A program made the position numbers and the translations under genes. Shown here in pieces: positions 38,182 through 51,436 of a DNA stretch of 64,000 nt (the first letter of the stretch is position 1; every line of letters begins with the position of its first letter). Location of the stretch: positions 5,890,001-5,954,000 of the forward strand of contig CM120649.1 of assembly GCA_051362555.1 (NCBI GenBank), given 5' to 3'. Source of the stretch: Lingula anatina (taxonomy: Eukaryota; Animalia; Brachiopoda). The notes beneath the pieces are model-generated. The model had not been told where the DNA came from and did not search any database. It saw only the letters and a list, made by a program, of their open reading frames with translations.

Positions 38182-40212
38182 ATGGTTTTTGGGCCTCGTA
38201 GACGCCTGTTGCTTTTGGCTGCTCTTTTCCTCGCCAATGTAAGGGTTGTTTTCGCTGGATCTCTCTGTCCCCGTAAATGCACGTGCACTGACGACATCCA
38301 GGGACTGGGCGTAAATTGCGCCAACATGGCTGAAGACGATCTTCCCGAACTGCCGCTCCATGCTACGTCTCTCAGAATATCAGGGAGGTTCGAAACATTG
38401 AGAAATGGAACTTTCAGTGGTTTCTTCAGCTTGAAAGATCTCAACATGTCGGAATGTAATTTAAAGACCATAGAACACGGTGCCCTCTTGGGAATTTATG
38501 AACTTCGTAACGTGTCATTCCAGAACAATTTACTCGTTGATTTGCCAAGATTTATCACGCTACTTCCAAATTTGGAGAGAGCCAATTTTCAAGGAAACCG
38601 CATAAAAGTGAATGCCAGTACCTTTCCAGCGAGCCCAAATACGCCTATGTCATCGACGCTAATGGAGTTGGACATCAGTTCAAACGAAATTTCCGACATG
38701 GGCGTTCTTTATAATATACTTTTGAGCTTTACTAACCTGCGAAAATTGGTTGCCAGAAATAATGGGTTCACCAATATGAGCCAGAGAGATTTTCCATTTC
38801 ATAAACATTTACAAGTTCTCGATCTGACATATAATTGGCTGCCTAACCTGTATCTCAATTTTGCTATGTTGACCTCACTTAAAGAATTATACATGTGGGA
38901 AACGGGCTGCACATTTTTCATCCAAAACATGTCCTCACTCGCTACATTTCAGTACAAGCGCAACGCGTTCTGTGTACCGGATTCTGATGACGGCAGATCT
39001 TTGTTTGTAGGGCTATCGGGACTAGAAGAACTAGATCTGGAGGGTAATAATTTATTTTGCGATGAAATTTGGAGCGGCAAAACACTTCCTAGTATATTCA
39101 AATCTCTTCTACCTAATCTGAAAATATTAGTGCTGGCTTCGAACCACGTTACCAAACTTCCAATGAACATGTTTTACAAAGTTCCTAGCTTAGAATATCT
39201 GGATCTATCGAACAATGACCTAAAAAGCATCGATTCTGCAATTAACACTTTAGATTCTCTGGAGTATTTGAATCTAAGGGATAACAGGCTCTTTACTTTG
39301 GAAGTGGACATACTACAGAAAAACACTGACCTACGGTACCTTAACGTCGAGGCAAATCAGTTTTTCTGTAGCTGCGAAACAAGTAGGTTCTCCGCTTGGA
39401 TCCGAAATCATACAACCAGATGGCCGGAATTAAGGGGAGAGAACCAAACTTGTAGTGGGCCCATTGAGTTCAGAAACACCAGGTTGCGAGACTTTGCCCC
39501 AAATTGGATAACATGTAACATGGCTCCTTTTGTCTTTGTATGTATCGGGGCCGGAGTTCTGGTAGTTACGACATTGGCAAGTATTATGGCCTATCATCGG
39601 CTGGACATCGTTTACTGGTGGCATCTGAGAAGATTGAGTGGTTCTCGTAGAAGCTACATCAGGTGTCATGAAAACCAAGCACAATACGAATATGACGCTT
39701 TTGTTGCGTACGCCGGCAGTAGCGAGGAATGGATCGTGCGACAGTTTCTCCCGCACGTGGAGGGTCAAGGTCGGAGCACCGACCGGGGTCAAGGTAAAGG
39801 TCAGGACATTAGCTTTAAGGTGTGTATCCATTCAAGAGATTTCTTACCTGGAGAGTACATCATAGACAACATAGTAGAGAAAATGGAGGCAAGCAGAGCG
39901 ACCATACTGATAATCTCGCACAACTTTCTGAAAAGTGACTGGTGTAAGTACGAGGTTGACATTACTCAGGCGAAGGTGTTGCGGGAGAGACGCGGGGCGC
40001 TCATTGTTGTGTTTCTCGAGCAGATACCTTATAAACAGCTCCCCAAGACGCTTAGACTCATGAAGCGTCACGTGACCTATTTGGAGTGGCCGGCGGAGGA
40101 GAATGAACAAAAACGGGCGGAGTTTTGGAAAAAGATGAAACTTTCACTTCTGAAACGAATTCAACAAACTCATAACATTTCATATCCTTCATATCCTGAA
40201 ACACAAGTGTAG
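38182..40212 (+). CDS. Toll-like receptor, single-cysteine-cluster type, intronless CDS, 676 aa
   Basis: Signal peptide, LRRNT (CPRKCTC...VNC), multiple LxxLxLxxN repeats, LRRCT (NQFFCSC...C...C), one TM helix, and a TIR domain with box 1 YDAFVAY, BB loop HSRDFLPG, SDWCKYE and YLEWP...FW. Confidence 0.96.
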   Translation: MVFGPRRRLLLLAALFLANVRVVFAGSLCPRKCTCTDDIQGLGVNCANMAEDDLPELPLHATSLRISGRFETLRNGTFSGFFSLKDLNMSECNLKTIEHGALLGIYELRNVSFQNNLLVDLPRFITLLPNLERANFQGNRIKVNASTFPASPNTPMSSTLMELDISSNEISDMGVLYNILLSFTNLRKLVARNNGFTNMSQRDFPFHKHLQVLDLTYNWLPNLYLNFAMLTSLKELYMWETGCTFFIQNMSSLATFQYKRNAFCVPDSDDGRSLFVGLSGLEELDLEGNNLFCDEIWSGKTLPSIFKSLLPNLKILVLASNHVTKLPMNMFYKVPSLEYLDLSNNDLKSIDSAINTLDSLEYLNLRDNRLFTLEVDILQKNTDLRYLNVEANQFFCSCETSRFSAWIRNHTTRWPELRGENQTCSGPIEFRNTRLRDFAPNWITCNMAPFVFVCIGAGVLVVTTLASIMAYHRLDIVYWWHLRRLSGSRRSYIRCHENQAQYEYDAFVAYAGSSEEWIVRQFLPHVEGQGRSTDRGQGKGQDISFKVCIHSRDFLPGEYIIDNIVEKMEASRATILIISHNFLKSDWCKYEVDITQAKVLRERRGALIVVFLEQIPYKQLPKTLRLMKRHVTYLEWPAEENEQKRAEFWKKMKLSLLKRIQQTHNISYPSYPETQV

Positions 40213-40579
40213 TTAGATTAAATTTTATATATGAACTTTTCGACTGTCTACATATTTTCAATATGCGTAGGGCGCACAAATTTTATTCTAAGCAGACATG
40301 ATTAAAATATCTCAAGTATGTGTACACACGAAAAAAACGTATTTTTAATTCGCCATTAATTAGCGCTAAAATAAGAATACTATGTTAAAATCGATCTGGC
40401 GTTTCATCCTTTCAGCTATCGTTTTATTTACATTTCTAAATGCCCTGTCTGATTGTTCCAAAGCAATACATTTAAATAGTCAGTGTCAGTACTCGCCGGG
40501 TCTTACCAAACAGAGCTTTTAAGACTTACATAATAACTCTTGTTACATGTACTTAAATATTATGCACAAAATCTCAGAC

Positions 40580-40765
40580 ACTGCCGGTGTAACGTGACAG
40601 AGAGTCCCCCATAACAGAGAGTCTGCTTCCCATTCATTTGTACAGGTAAGCCTCGCCCTAGATTTTGACCCACTTAGGTCAGACTAACCCTAACCATTAT
40701 AACTATATGCATATTTAGGGCGGACTTTCTGTTACACGGACCCTCAGTTTTGTTACACCGGCAGT
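40580..40765. mobile_element. Short TIR element downstream of the TLR
   Basis: ACTGCCGGTGTAAC...GTTACACCGGCAGT inverted ends with an internal TAACCCTAACC. Confidence 0.55.
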
Positions 40766-42330
40766 AACATAGGCAGGGGTGTAGTCCTAGGAATGGAAGT
40801 TCGGGGTCGCATACGATTGGTACGAGTTAGGGTTAGTCGTAGTATTTGGGTTAGTATATGGGACGAATGTCACCTGTACAAAGTAATTGGAAAATGACTA
40901 CAGTTTATAGCGGACGTACTGTACCATTCATGTCCTGGCGTGGTATTTTTTCACTTGAAATTTTAATTTTGTTTTGGTGTGCCAAAACTAAGACAGGTTG
41001 AGTCATTTTAATATTTTTCTAAAATATCCCAAATTTCATTGCAATATCTTCAACACCGTGCAGGTTATTGGCTTTTATAATTAATAACGTTAATTATTAA
41101 GTCCCCACATATATGAGGAAAAATATGTTTTTTTAACTTAGGTCAAGTGATAGAAAACTTCCTGGTTTGAGTTGCCGGTCTTTTCTCGCAAGCGTAATTA
41201 ATATCAAATGTTATAATGCAAAATTGTGCCGGAAGTGACGTGTAGTGGTGTAAGACGTGAAGCTGACTAGTCATTTTCAGCTGGAGGTAAATAGGAGTGA
41301 AGATGTGGGCTCAAAGCGACATAACATTTTTTTGGTATTTTAGGCAGAGAATACTTGTAGAAATAATAATTAAGCAAATGCATATTGCACAAAATACTAT
41401 ATCCAGTCTATATCCAGATTGTGTCTTACTATTGTGAGCTATATGTATGAAGTAGTTAGCTTATATGTATTTTGGTATTTGAATGATATAAAGTAGTTAT
41501 ACTTATTTAAGCCCATGTGCACAATTTATGTAAAATTGTAGTTTAGAGAGCTTGTAAAATGTAACTGTACACATTTTAATGCACAATAAATTATTATTAT
41601 TAAGTACATGATATGAAAACGTGTTACGATACTTGAAGGTGCGAAATCTTGCTTAATTTGCAGTCAATTTGCTTTGAAATATACGCTGCATCGACCGACA
41701 GCGCGACAAGGACGCTCAAGGAAAAGAATTCCCGCGAGGCTGTAAATCGTTGTCATGTAGAATTTTGGCATGTATGTAAGCTGATATGATCATATCTAAT
41801 TATTTTGGGGTGTTTTATGGTATGTGCTGCAATTATAACGATGTTTTAGAGCCCCTGAAGGACCTCGTGAAAACCAAGAAGTAGTTGGCAACTGACAACT
41901 GAATCGCACCGAACCACGATCGCTGTGCAATGATTTATCTTTTTGTAAAGATTATTACGAGTTTTTAGATGATTCTACGTCCAGCTGACATAAAATTCCA
42001 CATATATGATCACACTAATACACCTATTACACCGGGGCATGCACTAATCTAAACCTACTACCAATATTTAAAGAGGTTTCAGCAACAATTTCTAAAAATG
42101 GTGTCCTTAATCATGAAACAGTTTGACAAACGAGCAGGCCAATATACTTGAAAAATATTTTCGCACGTAACAAACGAGCAGTCTCAAATGCTTGCAAATT
42201 TTCTTTTTGCCAGTACATGGTACATGACATATTTGCACTCTATAGCTACTGCACTTCATACTGGGTCCCTTAAACTTAAAACTAGCCCGACTCCGGGTCA
42301 GACTCCTCACGTTTCTACAACACTAATTAA

Positions 42331-42665
42331 AGGGATAATAACTCTTCGTATGAGATCTATATTTCACAATAAAAACATTGTGAATAACTCATAGAAATAT
42401 AATATATTCTGTTTTACCACAAAAACGGCAGTTATAGCTATTATTCTGATATCTGAGCTTGTCTTTAGACCACGTGACCTCCATTGATGGCTATACTCTA
42501 ACAAAAAAACAAACTTTTTAGAAAAAAAAAAAAAAAAAAAAAACAGGGACTAACTTTGAATGTAAAAATGGATTCATTAACCATTTGGTAAGTGTGGGAA
42601 AATTGTTGTTTACTCAAGGAAATTGCATTTTTTTTTTTTGGCTGAAACGAAGAGTTATTATCCCT
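42331..42665. mobile_element. Kolobok-like non-autonomous element (copy 3)
   Basis: TTAA|AGGGATAATAACTCTTCG...CGAAGAGTTATTATCCCT|TTAA. Confidence 0.8.
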
Positions 42666-45600
42666 TTAAGCGACTAGCATTGAATAAAAACATATCTAGC
42701 TTGACTGCGGTGTAACAGGAATGCAAGTCCGCTGGGAACCATACTGCTTCCCAATACTTTTAAAGGTGACATTCGTCTTATATACAAACCCCAAAATTCC
42801 AATTAACCCTAACCTGTTACACTGGGTCAAACTCCTCACGTTAATTTCTACGACACCCAGCGCATAGCACTGATGAAAAACATATCTCGACCTCAATCAG
42901 GCCCTCTTGGGCGTTTTCGATAACATGCACATTGTAACGAACGCACATTGTAACGAAGTGACTACTTTTATTCTCTGACAAAGACTTCAAAGTAAGAATA
43001 CATGGAATAACAGGGCAAAAAGAACACGATTTGACTGAAATTGAGTTAATCGAAGACGGTGTGTATATAGTGAAATTTTGCCCAGCCTAAGTCTTTATTT
43101 CAACGGTAATCTTTCATGTTCTGTTCTGTTGTGTGTGCGTTTTTACTCGCCGTGATAATTTTCATCATAGTTTAACTATTGATAATAACTCAACTGCACA
43201 CATATTTTCCTCTTCCTTTTTTGAAGCATCATAGCTCGATTAAAAAACAAACAGAAAATTCATAACAAGTGGTGAGTAAGTATGCGGTTTATTTGTAACA
43301 AGCATTAAATAAGTTTTATCACATTCAGAACAACATTATAAAGCCAATGTAAGATTGTACGTAAAATCCGAAATAGTAATAAAATAATCACTATTTAATG
43401 TATTAGATATGGCCAGGGTCCATCCTCAAAATCATGTGAACACTAAACAATATTCTAAAATAAATAAATAAATAAAAATTAGTTGTGAGAGTTTACACAT
43501 TTTTACATCACAATATAAAGTAATGTGGAATTATGCTCAGTCAAACCACACTCCATGTTCTTAAACAAAGTTCTTTAAAAACTAAGCCATTCCATTCCTT
43601 TGACGACAAGAAATAAATAAGCCGGAATGTAACTCAAGTATTTGGCATTAGTTGAAAGAAATTTCCTGGTTTCTATGACTAATGGTAAATCTTATTCATT
43701 GATAAGTTATTTTCATCATAAGAACAAAATAGTGAATGAGTACTCGGAAAAAAAAAATCGTAAGATGAAAAGAATACTTTTTTTTTGCATATTTAAATAC
43801 CTAAGATAAGTAGTCACTCCATTAGAATGAGGTTTTTTTTCAAAACGTTGTCTTAATATATAGATATTATTCATTAAAACTATATATATATATCCAGTAG
43901 TAACAACTAACATAGGTAAAAGAGAAAATGGTGAAATAATGCAAACATTAACCATCAATTTAATCATCAATCTAGTTGCAAAAGCAATGAGTAACTAAAA
44001 CATACATATTTGAAAAGGTGAAACCAATTATACAATTTGGTGGCAACAAGCTTTTATCCAAAAGTTGTAGGCAGAGAAGACTACAAAAGATAAGTGCATT
44101 AATTAACCAAACGGTTGATCAAATTATATATTGGACTAATCTGCTCCTGTTAAAACGACAGGTAAAATAGTACATTTGAAATTAATTTCAAACCTATGGT
44201 CAACAATTTCAATGGGGGTGGGTGGGAGTGTTAAAAAAGACAACCTTTTTACTAGCTCAGTTGAATCAACTTGAGAATTGCCACAGAACTTAGATCAGAT
44301 TTTGATTCATTGCAGACTTTTTCCAGCTGAAAGTGTACACCTCTGTCTTGGCCCCCTTATAATTAGAACTGGGCAGACTGCCAAGATCCTTGCTGGCAAA
44401 ACCAAACAACACTCATATAAATGATGCCATATATTTTGAATATTCAAGAGGCTGTTGTAAATCTAAAGAAAGGTGGTCAATTAATGGCACATTTTTGTTC
44501 ACCATTCCAAAAGTTTCCCTTTCAGTCAAATGCCAACTCACTCTCACTACCCCTGTAGTTGTTTTTTTCCACATTTCATTGTGAGCATCTGTAAATAATC
44601 TTGTTTTTTTTCTCCAGATTAAACAGTTGAAATATCCAACCAAGGCTTTGTGAAGTAATTGGCATGATAGTTTTGAATAATGAACATCATATAGTTTAAT
44701 TTAAAAATATTACACTCAGAGCTGCATTAGAAGCAAAGTGCTGGCACAGGGCCACCTCCATTCAATACACACCAATACTTTCAAGGCAAATAAGGGTTTG
44801 ACCTTAAAATTCATGATGCATGAAATTTTTTAGCAACTTCAACAATTTCCTTTATCAGTACAGTACCACAGCATAACCTTTCAAACTTGATAAAATGATC
44901 ATCTTTACTCCTCTTTAACCAGTTCTACATTATACATCTACATTATGAGGGCGCCTGAAATGAGAAACTGGCTTCCAAAATGGATTAAGACATGAAAAAA
45001 ATTTAGATTCTGCAACTACCTCTGTCAATAGTTTTACACATGGCATGCAATTATTTCAGTGATTAAGGGAACTGTTGAAATTTCCACAAATTTGTATATG
45101 TTTATTTGCTTTCTGAAGGAGTGACATTCATTGTGTGACTTAAAGCAAACTGGACATCAGGGGACATCACTGACCAATGTCCAGGGTGAGTACAAATGCC
45201 TTTTATGTGGCCTTGTTACTATATGTTAACATCTCCCATAACAAATAGAAAATAGCCCACTGATCATATATTAAAATGGATAACAACTATCAATTCAAAA
45301 ACAGAAATGACCATAACTTCCTAAGACTGACTGAGAAGAGAATGATTATCTAAAAATATCAACAATAACAAATGCTGGAAGTATATGACTATCATGAGTT
45401 TATCTTGTCACATGAAAGTCATGTGACATACACACACACAATGTGTAGTAAGTTTCAGTGCCAGAAACAATGTCACTGTCATGGAACAGCTGTAGAAGTT
45501 CAATGAGCAACATACTTGACCTATTTAGGTCAGGATTAAGAAAAATCCAGGTCAAGGTCAAATACCAACAAGGCTGAGGTAAAGTAATTATGTCTAGTGG

Positions 45601-46661
45601 TTGAACAAATTCAACTACAGATAATGCTTTGAGAATTAAAGAATTTTTTAAAAAAATGAGCAAAAACCATGGGCAATTGCTAGCATATCAATCTTTTATC
45701 AAAATGATTTTTACTACTGTCCTTATCTAAGGAAAAAAACAGATCTTCTTTTGTCTTTATCTTGTCAACTTGGAAAAATTAATCACTAGGCTACCTGGCA
45801 GTTCCGATTATATGCTAGAGTTATTGACTGGCAGTTGATGACCTAGAAATGGGTCAAACGTGAGAAAGGTCATACTTAAATAACACACGACCACTTGTAT
45901 ACTAGAAGTTGATCTGTAAATTCATTTTGAAAGGTGGTCAAACCGAAAAACAAGTTTTCTACATGGAAAAATGTTAAATATGATAAGGGACGAAATGGTA
46001 ACTGCCCCAAAATTTAAATTAATACTGATTCATTATATTTTGCATATACAACTATTCTTGTTAGTGAAGCCTGGAAAAGATGAACTGCAAGTTTTGAAAA
46101 GTAAGTTGGGGTCATTTAAAGGACCAGTTCTTATGAGTAACTAAAATAGTAAAAATAAAAACCTGGAGTAAGTTAAGTGTTCAAAATGTGTTAATAATTA
46201 CCTAAGTTAACTTTAAATGGCAAAGAAGTCAGTAATTAAGAACATACGACTGACATGTCCCTTGAATTACGAAGCCGACTACATGATATTCAAATGTGAC
46301 CATGCTCATGTCAAGTACTGAGGTCAAATGGGGTCAAGAAAGGTCGAACGGAGATCGTAGACCATCTGTTCAAGGTTAATGGTGTCTAATGTGCTATATT
46401 AGGTGCTCGTACACCCATTCACCTCTGGGACATCTTCCATTATAGCAAGCCTGTCTCAATTTTCCCAAGATTTTAAGTTGTTTTGATATCATAAAAAAAC
46501 TTCTTGTTCCATCTGGTTTTCTACCGATTATAATCAGAAACACCCCTTCAAAGATTATTTCACTAAAATGATATTGTTTAAACATCAATAATTGATGTTT
46601 GAAATTACCAAATAATAATGATTATATTCTTTTTTAAAGAGAGACGTTTAATCAAGTGCTG

Positions 46662-49600
46662 CTATAACTTAGTTTGAATGTTTCCTGACATAAGAAGGTA
46701 ATTCTCATCACCAATTGGCGTCTCTCTGCAAAAGAAAAGAAAGAAAGTCATTACAATTTAATAACTAGAGGACCAGAGCAGCACAGTCAACTCCAGGGCA
46801 TGTACCACCAGCTAGGTAAGGCACTTAAAAGGATTCATTATGAGAGATGCACTAAAGATTCAGGTCCAAAATAACTGACACTTGACGAGTATTCTTTCAT
46901 AATTACATGACACTAATTAATATGCAGAAAAGTGAAATTAACACACGTTTTCTGTACACTTCTCACTTCTAGTTTTGGGACCCATTTTATCACAGATATA
47001 GGTTAAAAAACTAAGATTTTTTTTCTTAATACTTACTGTGATCCATAGACTGTGTTCCTATGTTTATCCTTCACATATTGCTTATGCTCTTGCTCCAGAC
47101 TTATAACGCAGGCCAGAATTTCACTGAGAGTCTCAAAACACGTCTTGGTGTCCTCCAGTATGGCTGTGGGGGGTTTGGAGGGGGTCTCTGTGCCTGAATA
47201 CACCTCCAGCTCCGCACAGGTATCTGAGGAATAAAAACACTCAAGATCTGTCTAAGAAAGAACTGAAAAAAAAAAAAGCTGGTCATAACTTAAAAATAAA
47301 TAAATAAATGAAAAGGCAGGCATCTAAGGTGTAAAACAATTAAGGCCAGTCTTACAAAACAGCTTTAAAAAGATGGTCCTCTCTTGAAAATAAATAATTT
47401 AGAATGAATTCTAATCTGATGCAATAACAATTGGGAAATCAGTCTTTTTACTTGACCGGAAAACTATCACTTTGATTTTTGTTATTGGACATTATTAATC
47501 ACAAAGTTTTCTTGTGTTCTGCAGTTTCACTCTTAATATATATAATGCCATGTGGACATTTAACTTTTTCCCAAACTTCTACACATAAAGTTATACATGA
47601 ATAAGATTATCCAGAAAAAAAATCTACAATGAAAAGTATACTTGAAAAAGATTATCAAAAAAGAAGGTACTCAATATGTACAAATCAATCATACATCAAG
47701 AACACATGAAATGATTATTTTTTAGTTTAACTATCAAAAGCCAAGTTAATGGACTTCTTCTAAACACCTACAACTTAGTCTACAAATAAATTGCAAAAAC
47801 ATGACTATATTAACTAGTAATATTAAGACTGCTGTTATGGTATCAAGCCTTCAATGAGAGTCAGAACTTGTTTTATTAAACATGAAAATCATCTAGCAAG
47901 TAAAAATTACAAGCCATACTTGTAACATTAAGATTCATATTTTATTTGTGAGTGAACAAACAAGTAAACAATGTCAGTTTGCAGACTTTTTAAATAAAAC
48001 AAATGACAAAATTTGATTAAATATAAGGTACAATAAGATTAATTCAGCCAGTAAAGAGGCTTTATAAAACATCAAACCACAATATGGCATTCAACATCTA
48101 CTGTGTACACACTGTGACAGGTACAGTACTGTAACTGTTAACATATTCAGGCCAGTTAGAATATTTGCCTCCCCTTACAGACCTTCATCTTCAAATATGT
48201 GAAACCATGTGAAAAAATTAAATGTAGAAAAGATAATATTGTAAGCAACATACTAAATATGTAAGAATCTATATGGTTTTGAGAGAGACAGAGAGAGAGG
48301 GAGATTGTTTTTATAAAGAAGGTCAATTGCCATAAGGCCTACTGGTTTTTTGGGCAAAACTGTTCACAGGTAGAAAGAAGTATAAATTTAATCCTTAAAC
48401 TTGCACAAAAAAAAAAAAAAAAAAAAAAGCAGATAACACATCTGAGAATATTTTGTAAACAGGATGAAATAACACGTAGGTCTTGTAAAGTTTTGTTGTT
48501 AATGGGGAGACAAATACTGTCCTAATGGCAGTTTTGTGCTTGTGGGGACTTTGAGGAAATGAAAGTATAAAGTACTGTGTATTATTTGTGCATATAGAGA
48601 GGTGCTGGTCTTTACAATACCAGTATGTGAAATACAGAAATAGGAATCAGAATTGTTATCTAAGTAACACACACAGCACACTCTTCTTACCACATTTGGA
48701 TTTTTGTTCCACTGTAGAGCAAAATAATCTCAGTTTTATTAATCACAACCATACTTTCACTTTCTGTTCATACAATTTATATACGTAATTCTAATGCAGA
48801 ATAAATTAAATGCCAAACTTATGGTAAAATGGTGACTTTCTATTAAATTGCTCTCTTTTAAGCAAAGTACAGGTAGGTTGCCCATCATCATATATATCAT
48901 AAGACATTGCTTGCTATGAAAAGTCTGTTTCAAATAAGTTTTCACTTCCTCTTTTGAACAAACTTATCAAACCTTCGAAATTATTTAAAAAAGCCAAACT
49001 TAACCATTAAAAGGACTATAATTCTAAAGCATATATAAGACAAACACAGCATTACCTTGTAACTTTTCCAGTTTCTCCATATTAGACAGAAATAAGGAGT
49101 GGATTCTCTCCAGCTCTAAATCTGGGTCAATGACTACTTTAATGTCCGGCAGCTCACTGGTCACAGGGGCACAGCCGCCAACAGTTTGCTCTGTGGCATT
49201 GCAACTAGATATGATAAAGGTTAAATGTTTAGCAAATGTAAATTATCAGTACTCAATGGTGCAATGGTTATGGGAACACACACACTTTCCCATGTTCATA
49301 AAAAAAATAAATAATAATAAATCAACTTGAAGGCTTTTTTTCAATCACATCTTGCCCTTTGGTGTTAGTACTGCACCAGTGACTTACCAGAGATAGTGTC
49401 CATTCACAAACCCTGCAGGGTGATAGAAATGAAGCCGGTTTTCATTCATCTCACAGATCTTGGATAAAATGTCTGTCCTACAACCAGAAAATACACCATA
49501 TTACAGTCTGAAACTATTCACGAGATCTTTTAATTCATCAACAGTACTCTATGCCTTTCAAATTCTGGGACCTTTAGGCAGGGAAGGAAGGGGATAACCA

Positions 49601-51400
49601 CACTGTTGGCTGAAAAGTTCCACTCTGAATCAAACTTTGATCTAGATTCTACACCATTTTCAAATTGGTTCAACTTAAATACCCCTTTTCCTTTAAATAT
49701 GATTGGTCTTTATCTATGAACTGCCTTCCAGACAGAAAATATGTGGAAACGTAAAATCAAGTGACCCCTTTTTTAAGTAAATCCTTTAGAATTGAAACAA
49801 AACTCTTCAAACAGTCACTTATAACTACTAAGAACATCTCATGAGAGATAGATGAAAAAAGCCCCATTATGTGGTGTTCACTCTCTCCCTACCATTCCTT
49901 CATCTCCACACAGTTGTTAGCCTGGATATACAACGTCCTCTGAGGCTGCACCACCTGGAACATCTGAAACAGAAATAAGACCAATTTCAAATAAAAAATA
50001 ATAGATCTCAGATTTTTACAGTTTATGAGACAATGTTGCATCTAACGAAAATTCAAGCTTTTGGGCAACAAAGTAGGATACAAGCCATAACATGTTTTGA
50101 GGACATATCATGAATTATGAAATGTTTTTTGTCTCAACGATAACACTTGTGATTGATTTTGGATTAATTCAGAACTTTTAAAATATAAACTGCACCATTT
50201 TCATTTAACCTCAGAAGTGTTTCCAAGAGAGATTGAAAAAAGAAAATATCGTCTAAAATTTTTGAAAAAATTAGAGATTTAAGTCTTCAGGACACATCCT
50301 GAAATTTGAATATTTGGTTGTTTGTTGTATTTATGTGTCCCCCATATAGAACTGCAACTTTTGGACCTTTCATTTTGAAGATTTAATAAATGGTCCAATT
50401 TCATTTCTGGAAAATAATGACTGGAAAAAAAAAAAAAAAAAAAAAAAGATGGCAGCACACTTACATATTTCATTTTGAAAGATTCCTCTTCTACAGTCTC
50501 TACTGCGAGTATTTCATCAACAGGAATCTCACACAGTGGCTCATCATCTACAAAACGTGTTATAAAATTTATAATACTTTGCATTATCCTCTCTCTCTTG
50601 TTCTTTCTTCACCAATTTTTTTCACCCCTCTTCAATCCAGACTGCATACATGAAGCTGAACCGTACCTTTTAGAATCTCTTGAAAACGAAAACGGTACAA
50701 AAAAGTACAACATGGATTGGAAATTTTATAAAGAAGAGCAGTATTTTTCACAAATTGACAGTAATAACTACCTTTTGATTTTGCATAGGATAAATACTGG
50801 TTGGTGAGACAAAAGTAGCGTCTTTTGAAATTCTTAACTCCAAACCTCCGCCTTCCCTGAGCTCTCTTGGTCATCATGCTGAAAATAAAGTAAATAAATA
50901 TAAAATTGAACTAAATAGTTATACAATGTCAGGTTGAACTATAAATAAATAAATTTGAAATTTAGTTTGATAATATTTATTGGCCGTTCCCCTAAAAAAT
51001 TATAAATAAAACTGCATGAATGTCCAGAATGAAATTAAATTTTTTTCTCTTTATCTGAGTACAAAATAAGTTTTTGTCCACTTACCCTTCTTTTAAGACA
51101 ATGGTGGTGGTAATAGTCCTGGACTGGGTCCTGGCTGTAGAGACAATGTCCAGAAACTGAAAGCCAACACAATTATATTACATACTTTATAATATTTAAT
51201 ATATCTATATATGTACATTTAAAGTTTTTCTGATTAACCTTACTAGCTGACTGCTTACATAATATTATATTATAGCAGAAGTGCTACAACTCACAGTTCT
51301 TAAAGCAGCAGTGTGATGTTCTGTGCTGAAACTTCTGAACAAAGGCACCATGTAATCTTCCTTGAAACCATAGGAGGCCTGGAACAAAAATTATAGACAA

Positions 51401-51436
<36 letters not shown>

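Noticed and set aside
38092-40279. Overlapping antisense and alternate-frame ORFs within the TLR
   Set aside because: Expected shadows of a long coding sequence, with no independent coding features.
43290-46660. Short ORFs between the TLR and the RasGAP stop codon
   Set aside because: AT-rich with no motifs. More consistent with a long RasGAP 3' UTR (minus-strand AATAAA near 43290) than with separate genes.
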